Origin: Candidatus Undinarchaeota archaeon
GTDB lineage: Archaea > SpSt-1190 > JASMDC01
Direction of reading: 5' to 3'
Assembly (NCBI GenBank): GCA_964519305.1
Contig: CAZFHY010000001.1
Location: forward strand, 250,132-314,131
Length of the DNA: 64,000 nucleotides
In this document: in pieces, positions 19,632 through 28,975 of the stretch
Position numbering within the stretch: position 1 is the first letter of the stretch
How the letters are laid out: each line of letters opens with the position of its first letter
The notes under the pieces: model-generated
Databases searched by the model: none
What the model saw: only the letters and a program-made list of their open reading frames with translations
Told to the model about the DNA's origin: nothing
Translations under genes and position numbers: made by a program

Positions 19632-20344
19632 CCTTCGCTCAGTCGTGCGACGATGTCCGCCTCGACGTCGTCACGGTGTTCGCGGATGTAAGTGACCACG
19701 TCCTCCTCCTTGGGACGCAGGGCGTTTGCCACCGGGTAGGCCGGGAGGAATAGGCACAGCGGCTGGTTCCCTTGGTACGAGCCCTTGGTACCCGGAAGCA
19801 CCTTGAGATAGGTACCCAGCAGGAGTCCCATGCGCTGCAGCATCCGCTCCTCGTCCGCCAGCGACAGGTCGTACGCCGGGGTCAGGTAGGTGATTCCATG
19901 GTCATCGTAGAGCTTACGCAGCTCTTCCAATGACGCTGCCATCTGCTCGGGGTACTGCTCCTGTCCCGCGTTCTCACCACCGCAGGCGTGGCCGATACCG
20001 TTCTCCCTGCAGTACGCGATGGTACGTGCGTGCATTGCCAGCTTGCATCCCATGCATACCGGGAACCACGAACGGGTACGTAGAAACTGCCGATACAGGT
20101 TGTCGCGCTGCAGTTCCCACCACAGTGGCCGGACGTCGAGCACCTTGTGGACGATACGGCCCTCGCCCAGACGCCACCTGAGCTCCCGGACCATGTGTCG
20201 GGGCTTGTGCACGAACCGCAGGAGCGGTGTGTCGAACGTTAGGAGGTGGACTGTGTCGAATTTTTCCGCTGCCAGTACCGCGGCTACTGTGGAGTCAACG
20301 CCTCCTGAGAACAGCACTGCAGCCTCTCCCTCGCGCTCGCCCAT
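19628..20344 (-). CDS. QueC-like PP-loop adenylating enzyme A
   Basis: LFSGGVDS, CMGCKLAMH, YPEQM...TPAY, QPLC; lacks the C-terminal QueC Zn motif. Confidence 0.85.
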   Translation of the reverse strand: MGEREGEAAVLFSGGVDSTVAAVLAAEKFDTVHLLTFDTPLLRFVHKPRHMVRELRWRLGEGRIVHKVLDVRPLWWELQRDNLYRQFLRTRSWFPVCMGCKLAMHARTIAYCRENGIGHACGGENAGQEQYPEQMAASLEELRKLYDDHGITYLTPAYDLSLADEERMLQRMGLLLGTYLKVLPGTKGSYQGNQPLCLFLPAYPVANALRPKEEDVVTYIREHRDDVEADIVARLSEG

Positions 20345-20450
20345 GGATAGACGTTGCGAGTGCAAGGCAGCTTTATGTCCCTTTGGGTCGGGCCCCGATC
20401 GAGAGCCGTTAATGCAATGATTTATCAAGCAAGAGCGACTCCACGCATTC

Positions 20451-21194
20451 GTGGCCGAGGACAAGAAGGGTCCGGTGGCGCTGCTCTTCTCGGGCGGCCT
20501 CGACTCGACGACCGCTGCCCTGCGCCTGTCGGAGACGCACGAGCGTGTACACCTGCTGACGTTCTCCCGTGGGTACGGCCACTACTTCCTGGACACGCCC
20601 GGACGCAGATCCGAGGAGCTGCGGAAGGCGGTCGGCGACCGGTTCGAGTACGAGCTCGTCGACATCAAGCCGCTTTTCGAGAAGGTCGTGCTCCAGACAA
20701 TTGTCGCGGACTACAAGAAGTACCGCTCCGGATTCGTGTTCTGCCTGGGGTGCAAAGTATGCATGCACGCAAAGGCGGTCGCATGGTGCCATGAGCACGA
20801 CGTGAAGCTGGTGGCCGACGGTTCCTCGGGGGACACCTCCGTGTTCGTTGAGCAGCGACCCTCGACGCTAAAACTCATCATCGACTTCTACCGTGAGCAC
20901 GGGATCGAGTTCTTCACCCCGGTCTTCGAGCAGACACGAGAGGAGAAGCGCCGTTTCCTGAAGAGCAAGGGTGTCGGTATGGGCACGCGTATAGGTGACC
21001 GGCATGTAGGAGTTCAACCCAAGTGCGTACCCGGCGAACTCTACTACCTTCCGACCGTACTGTTCGGCATCCCGCCCAAACACGAGGACAAGGCCATCGC
21101 CGAGTTCTTCGCCGAGAAGGCTGCCCTGGCACGGGAGTTCCTCGGGCTCGAGGTGGACGAGGGGCCTCAGCCACGCGGTGGGGACACCCGGTAG
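20451..21194 (+). CDS. QueC-like PP-loop adenylating enzyme B
   Basis: LFSGGLDS, CLGCKVCMH, FVEQR...TPVF, QPKC; TTTATCAA 23 nt upstream. Confidence 0.85.
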   Translation: MAEDKKGPVALLFSGGLDSTTAALRLSETHERVHLLTFSRGYGHYFLDTPGRRSEELRKAVGDRFEYELVDIKPLFEKVVLQTIVADYKKYRSGFVFCLGCKVCMHAKAVAWCHEHDVKLVADGSSGDTSVFVEQRPSTLKLIIDFYREHGIEFFTPVFEQTREEKRRFLKSKGVGMGTRIGDRHVGVQPKCVPGELYYLPTVLFGIPPKHEDKAIAEFFAEKAALAREFLGLEVDEGPQPRGGDTR

Positions 21195-22963
21195 AGGGTG
21201 TGCTCGTGCACGTCGCCCACGGCCTTCGCTAGGACGGGTGGGACTGGTACGCGTGCCAACGGCTCCAAAGCGAAGTCCTGACGCATCACCAAGGAAGTCT
21301 TGGCCGTCCCTTGGCTCGTGTCGTAAAGGTATACGCATTCACCGCGTCCCAAGAGCGTCCTCACGTCCCCGTCCATCGTGTCCTCGATACCGCTCAGTCC
21401 AGGATCAGATCCCGGGACCAGGGGATGTCGGCCCCAGAGAGTGCGGGAACGCATAGGCTGGGCGGCGACCACGTAACACCCATCACTCACGAGCGAACGC
21501 CAGTCACTTGCAGTCCTCGTCTCGAGCTCGATTGCGTCACGTATCGGGGCTGAAAGATCGTCCACCGGGTCCGCAAGCGGATAGAGGACGGTCACGAGGA
21601 CCAGGCCTAACACGGCCAGTGCACCGAGCTGTCGGGGATATCGGGCACCGCCGAACATAGCGGCCCACCCAAGCACGAGAACGGGGAGGGCGAGGTGTAC
21701 GGTGCGGAGCGTGGCCCGAGTACTTTCGCCAAGCTCTCCACCGAACAATGGCCCGTAGGCGAAAGGCAGGTGAGCAAGGCCGGAGAGCACGAGAACCGCA
21801 ATTAGATGACCGCGCGAGCGACAGAGTGCTCGCGAGCCTGCTCCGGCAAGCAGAGCGTAGGGCACCATGGCGTTGATCATGTACCGGTGGATGACCGGCG
21901 TGGCGGTCGTGAAGGGCTCATGGAAGAGATAGGGCGTCATGCGAGCTACGAACCACAGGGCTGCCAGTGCGACGAATGGCGAGGGTGTCCGGTACCGAGC
22001 AGCGACACCGAGCACGGCCAGTGCCGTGAACAAGAACGGCTGGAAGTACCCGTCAAGCCAGTAAGAGACGTAATTGAGGTTGTGGAGGACGTAGGTGGGG
22101 CTCATCCGGCGGGATATGTCCATATACCCGAACGTCAGCTCTTGCCACTCCATTGCATATGGGACCAGCAGCGCCAGCGCCACCAGCCACGGGAGCACCG
22201 ACGGCTTGAAGCCCTTGCGTCGGCCCCATAGATAGATGAGCAGTACGGGCAGTGCAGCTACCGGATTCTCCCGGCGCACCGCGATATGGAATCCCAAGGC
22301 CGAGGCGGCAAGCCATCCCAGTGCAGGCCGCTGCGAGCGCACGTGGACCACGGCGGCAAGCACGGCCAGGACCTCTAGTAGCACAGAGGACACTTCGGAC
22401 AGCGCCTTGACGCTGAACCGGACGTGCATCGGTAGGAGAGCGAGAACAAGGGCCGCGGAGAGAGCGACCCGGTCGTCACGGCTCAGCGCACGGGCCAGAA
22501 GATAGGTAAGAGCTACAGTGAGCGTCCCCCCGAGCACGCCGAGCACACGGGGAACAGTGGTGCCGATACCAAGAAGCGATGAGAAGATGGCGAGCACGAA
22601 GGGGTAGCCGCTTGGATAGAACACAGCGTACTGTTGGCATATACTCCGCTCGTCCAGTGGTAGGAATAATGAGAACGGAAGCCGACCTTCTATCATCTCA
22701 CCAGTGGAGCAGAAGCCGTTGAGGCGGTAGATCAACATGCCCTCGGCCTGGTCTGTAAAGAAACCCTCTGACATCCAGGGGATGGGGTGAAAGGGATTGG
22801 CTGCACGTACGGCGAACGCCAGTATAAGAACAAGCAAGAGAGCATCGCGCTCGCGGTATCCACGGGGAAGAAGGACCGCAAACTGCCGCCGAGATGCGAC
22901 CAGGGCCACTACGAGCACCAGCAGGTTCAAGAGGGCTGCTGGCACCAACAGGGGTGACGGCAT
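21167..22963 (-). CDS. GT-C (PMT/ArnT-like) membrane glycosyltransferase, paralogue 1
   Basis: MPSPLLVP start 23 nt after TTTATTAA; many TM helices, GYP, ALLPMHVRFS, RREN, HRYM. Confidence 0.85.
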   Translation of the reverse strand: MPSPLLVPAALLNLLVLVVALVASRRQFAVLLPRGYRERDALLLVLILAFAVRAANPFHPIPWMSEGFFTDQAEGMLIYRLNGFCSTGEMIEGRLPFSLFLPLDERSICQQYAVFYPSGYPFVLAIFSSLLGIGTTVPRVLGVLGGTLTVALTYLLARALSRDDRVALSAALVLALLPMHVRFSVKALSEVSSVLLEVLAVLAAVVHVRSQRPALGWLAASALGFHIAVRRENPVAALPVLLIYLWGRRKGFKPSVLPWLVALALLVPYAMEWQELTFGYMDISRRMSPTYVLHNLNYVSYWLDGYFQPFLFTALAVLGVAARYRTPSPFVALAALWFVARMTPYLFHEPFTTATPVIHRYMINAMVPYALLAGAGSRALCRSRGHLIAVLVLSGLAHLPFAYGPLFGGELGESTRATLRTVHLALPVLVLGWAAMFGGARYPRQLGALAVLGLVLVTVLYPLADPVDDLSAPIRDAIELETRTASDWRSLVSDGCYVVAAQPMRSRTLWGRHPLVPGSDPGLSGIEDTMDGDVRTLLGRGECVYLYDTSQGTAKTSLVMRQDFALEPLARVPVPPVLAKAVGDVHEHTLYRVSPPRG

Positions 22964-23047
22964 ACCTTCTGATGACACTCGCAAATTAATAAAGCGTACC
23001 ATCATCCAAGTAGGGTAGTTACTCGGGCTTGAGGTGGACGGGGCGCC

Positions 23048-24844
23048 TCAGCTCCGTGGCGGGAACACTCGGTAAAGGGCGTGGCCGCGCACGTCGCCCG
23101 CGGCCTCCACTAGGGCGGGCGGGATGGATTCGCGTGCCAGCAGTTCGAGCTTGAAGTCCTGACGCATCACGGAGGACGTCTTGGCCGTCCCCTGGCTCGT
23201 GTCGTAAAGGTATACGCATTCGCCGCGCCCCAGGAGCGTCCTCACGTCCTCGTCCAACGTGGCCTCGATACCGCTCAGTCCGGAATCAGATCCAGGGACC
23301 ACGGGATACCGGCCCCAGAGCATGCGGGAACGCATGGGCTGGGCGGCCGCCACGTAACAACCATCGCCCACGAGCGACCGCCAGTCATCTGCGATCCTCG
23401 TCCCGAGCTCGTTGGCGTCGCGAATCGGTGCTGAAAGATCGTCCACCGGATCCGCAAGCGGGTAGAGGACGGTCACGAGGATCAGACCCGACACGGCCAG
23501 TGCACCGAGCCGGCGGGGATACCGGGCACCACCTAACAGAGCGGCCCATCCGAGCACCAGAACGGGGAGGGCGAGGTGTATGATGCGAAGCAAGGTCCGG
23601 GTCCCCTCAGCGAGCTCGCCACCGAACAACGGTCCATAGGCAAATGGCAGGTGGGCGAGGCCGGATAGCACGAGCACGGCGACTAGGTGACCGCGTGAAC
23701 TACAGAGTGAGCGCGAGCCTGCCCCGGCAAGCAGAGCGTAGGGTACCATAGCGTTGATCATGTACCGGTGGATGACCGGCGTAGCGGTAGTGATAGGCTC
23801 GTGGAGGATGTAGGGCGCCATACGAACTATGAACCACAGGGTAACCAACGCCACGAATGACGAGGGTGCTCTATGAATGGTGGCGACACCGAGCATCGCG
23901 AGCGCTGTAAACAAGAATGGCTGAAAATGACCGTCGAGCCAGTAGGAGACGTAATTGAGGTTGTGCAGGTAGTAAACTGGATTCACTCGGCGGGGGATGT
24001 CCATGTAACCGAACGTCAGTTCGCTCCAATCCATTGCATGGGGGACAAGCAGCGCCAGCGCTACCAGCCATGGGAGCACTGACGGTTTGAATCCCTTGCG
24101 TCGGCCCCACAGATAGATGACCATGATGGGCACCACCGCGAGCGGATTCTCGCGACGCACGGTGATGTGAAGGACCAGGCTCGAGGCGGCCAGCCATCCC
24201 AGTGCGGGCCGCTGCGAGCGCACATGGACCACGGCGGCCAGCACAGCAAGGACCTCGACGAGCACTGAAGATACCTCGGACAGCATCTTGACACCGAACC
24301 TGACATGCATCGGTAAAAGGGCGAGCACCAGGGCCGCCGTGAGAGCCACACGGTAGTCACGGCTCAGCACACGAGCCAGGAAATATGTAAGGGCTACGGT
24401 GAGCGTCCCCCCGAGTACACCGAGCATCCAGGGCGCGGCGCCGCCGAAACCGAGTAGAGACGAGACTATGGCGAGCATGAACGGGTAGCCGCTCGGGTAG
24501 AACACAGCGAACTGTCGACACACATCGCGCTCGCCCATTGGAAGGAACAAGGAGAACGGAAGCCGGTTCTCTACAATCTTACCAAGAGAACAAATCCCGT
24601 TGAGGCGATAGACCACTATACCCTCTGCCTGGTCGCCATAGAAGCCTTCTGCCATCCAATGAAGGGGGCGGAATGGATTGGCTGCGCGTACGGTGAACGC
24701 CAGCAACAGTACAAGCAGGAGGGCATCGCGTTCGCGGCGTCCGCGGGGGACAAGAGCCGCAAACTGTCGTCGAGATGCGACAAGAGCCACTACGAGCACC
24801 AGCAGGTTCAGGAGGGATGCTGGCACCAGCAAGGGCGACGGCAT
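23048..24844 (-). CDS. GT-C membrane glycosyltransferase, paralogue 2
   Basis: Colinear with paralogue 1 and has the same promoter. Confidence 0.85.
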   Translation of the reverse strand: MPSPLLVPASLLNLLVLVVALVASRRQFAALVPRGRRERDALLLVLLLAFTVRAANPFRPLHWMAEGFYGDQAEGIVVYRLNGICSLGKIVENRLPFSLFLPMGERDVCRQFAVFYPSGYPFMLAIVSSLLGFGGAAPWMLGVLGGTLTVALTYFLARVLSRDYRVALTAALVLALLPMHVRFGVKMLSEVSSVLVEVLAVLAAVVHVRSQRPALGWLAASSLVLHITVRRENPLAVVPIMVIYLWGRRKGFKPSVLPWLVALALLVPHAMDWSELTFGYMDIPRRVNPVYYLHNLNYVSYWLDGHFQPFLFTALAMLGVATIHRAPSSFVALVTLWFIVRMAPYILHEPITTATPVIHRYMINAMVPYALLAGAGSRSLCSSRGHLVAVLVLSGLAHLPFAYGPLFGGELAEGTRTLLRIIHLALPVLVLGWAALLGGARYPRRLGALAVSGLILVTVLYPLADPVDDLSAPIRDANELGTRIADDWRSLVGDGCYVAAAQPMRSRMLWGRYPVVPGSDSGLSGIEATLDEDVRTLLGRGECVYLYDTSQGTAKTSSVMRQDFKLELLARESIPPALVEAAGDVRGHALYRVFPPRS

Positions 24845-24962
24845 ACCTGCCGATGACACTCGAACATTAATAAAGCGTACCTCCACACGAGCGTGAGGGC
24901 AGGATGATGTGGTCCTTTCTGAATAACTCTCCCTTGTCCTGAAAAAAAGTTACCGGCTAATA

Positions 24963-26030
24963 CTATCTCAGCAGCCAAGCCAGCGACGGTGGCCAGAATC
25001 TGCAGGCGTTGGATATGTCCGTCTCGTGGGTGCACCAGCACTCGCCGCGGGTGATCTCCTCGCGCACCTGTTTCGCCTTCTCGCTCATCCACACCCGTCT
25101 AAAGTCGTACCCCTCCTCCCGCAGATTGCCCAGAGGTCGGTCCAGCATCTCGCAAGGGTACACCACACCACGTTCGGTGAGCACCGCTTCCAGCAGGCCT
25201 GCGCGGCACGGGGCCACCCGCTCATGCTCGCGGTACGCCCGTGCCACGGCTCGCGAGAGCAGGTCAGGTCGATGACCGAAACCGCGGGGGTACCTACCCT
25301 GCTCGCGTACAAGAGTGAAGGCGGCCTCCACGTCCTCGGGCGACAGACCGAGCACATCCGGATCGCGGGGGTGGGAACGGGCTAGGGTCACCGAGAACGT
25401 AGGTCCGTTCCACGGCGGGCGGGACAGGAGCTGTAGCGTGTCCTGAACGACGTGGACGTTGAGACGAGAGAGGGTCATATTGACAGCTACATCAAGACGT
25501 GGTTCCTCCCGGGCCAGTTCGTTGAGACGCCATCGGGTGCGAAGGAGCTTTGAGTAGGCGCCCTCACCGCGAATGGCGTCGTGCACATCCTCCGGTCCGT
25601 CCAGAGAGAGGTTCACCCGGAGCCGTGCGGGACGACATGCATCGAGCACATCGGACACTGACCGTTCCACGCGATCAGGGAGCAGACCGTTCGTCGGGAG
25701 GTTTATGACCTCTGTGCTGCACGACCGGACGAAAGGCTCTACCAGCCCGGCCAGATCGTCGCGGAGCGTGGGTTCACCACCACTGAGCAAGAGGAGCGGG
25801 AGCCGGGGAATAGACGCCGCGATACGCTCGACCTCGTCCGGAGTGAGCTCCTTGGACGTGTCGGCCGCGTCAGTCTCACGCCAGTAGAAGCAGTGAGGAC
25901 ATCGTGCGTTGCATCGTGCGGTGACGAAGAAGGTGAGGTACACAGGCCACGGTGTGGTCAGGAGCCGCGAGTAACCGAGCGCGAGGTAGCGTAGGCCAAG
26001 TGTACGCCGGGTCAGTGCCTCACCGAGCAT
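24963..26030 (-). CDS. Radical SAM protein with a SPASM/Twitch-type C-terminus
   Basis: CNARCPHC, SGGEP, PCRAG...VYPCE...LGNLR...CWC. Confidence 0.92.
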   Translation of the reverse strand: MLGEALTRRTLGLRYLALGYSRLLTTPWPVYLTFFVTARCNARCPHCFYWRETDAADTSKELTPDEVERIAASIPRLPLLLLSGGEPTLRDDLAGLVEPFVRSCSTEVINLPTNGLLPDRVERSVSDVLDACRPARLRVNLSLDGPEDVHDAIRGEGAYSKLLRTRWRLNELAREEPRLDVAVNMTLSRLNVHVVQDTLQLLSRPPWNGPTFSVTLARSHPRDPDVLGLSPEDVEAAFTLVREQGRYPRGFGHRPDLLSRAVARAYREHERVAPCRAGLLEAVLTERGVVYPCEMLDRPLGNLREEGYDFRRVWMSEKAKQVREEITRGECWCTHETDISNACRFWPPSLAWLLR

Positions 26031-26183
26031 TGAGATGGTTGTGTGCCGCGATCATTTAAACCTGTTGTCGGCGCCCGACCAATGCACTGCTGGTAACGTC
26101 GCCTGATGCCGACTACGCGCTGCACTGCACCCGGTGCGCCCGTGTGGATAAGCTTTTATGTGTGCGATGCGGGCAGAGAAAGC

Positions 26184-27326
26184 GTGAGAAACGCTCTCGC
26201 CCTGTCCGTGGTATTAGTGATGCTCACGGCCCTTGCCGTTGATACCATCACGGTCACAGGGGATATTTCGTTCCACCCCGATCCCCGAGGCCTTTGGATC
26301 GCGCCGGCCGAGTATGAGTACCCGGACGGACAACCGGATTGCGAGGCCAATGACAAGGGATCCTGTCTTGCGCTCGATGACTGCACTTGGGTGGTCGACC
26401 CACGCGGCCCTCCGCCCTCGGGCGAACCTCCGTACTATTGCGTGATCGCCAATCCACCCCATGTATCCCCTCCGCCACTTCCGGACATGATCGGCGTCCG
26501 ACTCGATGGGATTGACCTCACGAACCCGGCATCCGTGTTCGCCATCCTGGTCAGATATGACACTCAAGGTCCGTCAAAGACCGTCGTGGATGGTGGAATG
26601 CTGGGACAGGGTCAGGATGTAACGGAGATACAGACCCCCTTCCTTCCCTACAGTCCCGGTCGCGTGGACGTGTCGATCTGCCTCAATACGACATCCTGCC
26701 CCTCGTGGGACGAGGACTGCTCTACCTGTCGTTCGGAACGGCTAATGATCCACTGGATCGACGGCGAGAACGGAGGACCAAGCAATCTAAGTGCCATCCC
26801 GGCCAGCACATGGTTCACGGTGCCAATACGGGGCGATCCGTCGCTCTGGGAGGATGAGGTTGAGCGAGTGAGGGCGACCTTCAATGTGATGGCGCTCACA
26901 TCTCAGTGGTGGACGCGATGCCAGCTCTTGGGTATGGATGATGAGAACTCAGTGACCGTCGACCTCTGCCAAGAAGGAGGTTCACTCACGCCTGACGTCT
27001 GCCAGCCCAGGGAACCGACGGGCATGGAAGGCCAGGAGGTCGGGCTCGTCATCACTCCGCCATCAGGTGGATGGCGTGCAGGTCGGTACGAGGTCATGTG
27101 CAACGTGTCGGTCAAGAACTATGTCGATGTCACGACTAACCATATCCAGGCCGGTTTCGATGTGTTGCGACAGGTCCCACCTAGAGGGAAGGGTGGAACG
27201 GTCATGACCGTGTTCATTGTCCTCGGACTTGCCGTGGCAGTGATTATTTGGCGACAGGACGAGGGACCGAGTGATCCTGTGCTCGTCCCGAAAGCTGATG
27301 TGAATACCAAACGCAAGCGCCGTTAG
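26184..27326 (+). CDS. Cys-rich exported protein with a C-terminal membrane anchor
   Basis: Signal-like MRNALALSVVLVMLTALA, multiple Cys, C-terminal TM plus KRKRR; GTG 25 nt after TTTTAT. Confidence 0.75.
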   Translation: MRNALALSVVLVMLTALAVDTITVTGDISFHPDPRGLWIAPAEYEYPDGQPDCEANDKGSCLALDDCTWVVDPRGPPPSGEPPYYCVIANPPHVSPPPLPDMIGVRLDGIDLTNPASVFAILVRYDTQGPSKTVVDGGMLGQGQDVTEIQTPFLPYSPGRVDVSICLNTTSCPSWDEDCSTCRSERLMIHWIDGENGGPSNLSAIPASTWFTVPIRGDPSLWEDEVERVRATFNVMALTSQWWTRCQLLGMDDENSVTVDLCQEGGSLTPDVCQPREPTGMEGQEVGLVITPPSGGWRAGRYEVMCNVSVKNYVDVTTNHIQAGFDVLRQVPPRGKGGTVMTVFIVLGLAVAVIIWRQDEGPSDPVLVPKADVNTKRKRR

Positions 27327-28822
27327 TCCGTCCTCCGACGGCCTCGGTGCGTCAAGCGCTGGCGTATCCCCCAGTAGAGCGACTCCTCGAGTCCCATGAA
27401 CCGGGTGTCCCCCGAGGCTAGACGGGCCCGCGCTACCGGCCGGTAGACCTGTGTGGCCAGACCCAGAAGCTGGCTCCCCATATGGCTCGATGCATCACCG
27501 AGGAAAGCGGTCGCTACATGGAGCCGTCGTAGAAGCGCGGCACGCTCTGGGCTCACCCATGGGAGGATGTCCTCGAACCCGTGGGCCAGTGCTTCATGAG
27601 GTTCGTAATCCGCCCACGAGGCAAGGTCATCCGGTGGTACTAGCCCGTTCTGCACGGCCATATCCATATAGGGTGTGCCAGGGAAGGGGATGGCCGGATT
27701 CAGGGGAAAGGTCGAGGCCCGGGGATTGTCAGATATGAGACGGACCATCAGCGCGAGTGTCGCATCGAGCATCTCGCGGGTCTCGCCGGGGAATCCGCAC
27801 ATGAACGAGTACCATGGCGATATTGTGAATCCAGCCAGCCGTCGGTTGAGCGCGACCACGTCATCGACACAGACACCCTTGCACAGCTTGTCGACCATAT
27901 GCTGAGAACCGGACTCTACACCGATAAGAATGGCCACGAGCCCGCTGGAGGACAGAAGCCCGATCTCATCGTCCGATAACCGTGCGAGGTTGTTCACGTA
28001 CGCCTCCGCCTCCCAGAGCACGTCCAGTTCCCGGTCGAGAAGGCCGCGACCGATGTCAAGGACACGCTGCTGGTCTACCATTGAACACTGTTCCATGTAC
28101 CATATGTATCCTAGTCGATGTCGCTCTACGAGCGATTCGGTAAGATCGAGCGTCCTTGCGGCCGAGAGCGCATGCCACCTGCCACGTGACTGTAACGGTG
28201 TGGCGCAGAAGGTGCACCGGTGTTGGCAACCGCGCACGGTGGAGATGTTCATGCACCGTCGACCCCGGCGATGGAACACATACCGCTCGGCGTCCACGAG
28301 GTGGAGGGGCGGATCGGGCAGCTCGTCCAGCTCAACGTGTGGACGATACGGGTTCACTCGGACCTTACCATCATGTGGAAACGCAAGCCCTGGCACTGTA
28401 TCGAGATTCTCCCCGCCCTCCAGAGCGCGGACGTATTCCCACAGCGTCAATTCACCGTCACCGACCACGACAGCGTCCACCATGGGGTGGTGCGCCGTCC
28501 CTACAGGGTCCAGGGTCGCGTGAGGACCGCCCCATAGCACCGGGACGCCAGGGTCTTCCTCCCGGACCACTTGTGCCACCTCCAGTGCACGGGTTATCTG
28601 GGGACCCGTCATGGCCGTTACACCGACGCATATCGGTCCCGAGCGAACAGCGGTGCGCAATTCCTGCTCCCAGCCGGGCGTCACCCGCTGGTCGATGATG
28701 CTAACCGACCGCTCACGGCACACCAGTGACGCGGCCATCAGTAGTGAGAGCGGGAGAGTCGGGCGGTCCTGCAGCTCGTCCTGGATTGCTACACGAGGCT
28801 GGACAAGCACCACATCGGCCAT
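27323..28822 (-). CDS. B12-binding radical SAM protein
   Basis: LPLSLL...WGGPHAT...GDGE cobalamin domain; RGCQHRCTFC; GVESGS; GFPGET; PFPGT. Confidence 0.93.
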   Translation of the reverse strand: MADVVLVQPRVAIQDELQDRPTLPLSLLMAASLVCRERSVSIIDQRVTPGWEQELRTAVRSGPICVGVTAMTGPQITRALEVAQVVREEDPGVPVLWGGPHATLDPVGTAHHPMVDAVVVGDGELTLWEYVRALEGGENLDTVPGLAFPHDGKVRVNPYRPHVELDELPDPPLHLVDAERYVFHRRGRRCMNISTVRGCQHRCTFCATPLQSRGRWHALSAARTLDLTESLVERHRLGYIWYMEQCSMVDQQRVLDIGRGLLDRELDVLWEAEAYVNNLARLSDDEIGLLSSSGLVAILIGVESGSQHMVDKLCKGVCVDDVVALNRRLAGFTISPWYSFMCGFPGETREMLDATLALMVRLISDNPRASTFPLNPAIPFPGTPYMDMAVQNGLVPPDDLASWADYEPHEALAHGFEDILPWVSPERAALLRRLHVATAFLGDASSHMGSQLLGLATQVYRPVARARLASGDTRFMGLEESLYWGIRQRLTHRGRRRTD

Positions 28823-28975
28823 GGTTGAGACCTGACTAGCCGGGATGCAGGAGCTTTAAAAAACGAACGGCCCTGTCGTCCCACCCCCAGACCTCCGGTC
28901 AATGGCTCGCGGCCCTCCCAGTAAGGGGTGACCTTCGGAATAATCATAATGGTGTGCTGCAATCATTCAGAGCTG

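Larger units (their letters stand above)
21141..24881. repeat. Tandem duplication, two copies offset by 1881 bp
   Basis: 21141-21170 matches 23022-23051 at 27/30 nt; TTAATAAAGCGTACC ends at both 23000 and 24881; both genes have identical length. Confidence 0.9.

Noticed and set aside
19628-21194. QueC-based 7-deazaguanine DNA modification or Qat-type defence system
   Set aside because: No dpdA/TGT, queD, queE, TatD or ATPase partners are present, and the QueC Zn motif is absent.
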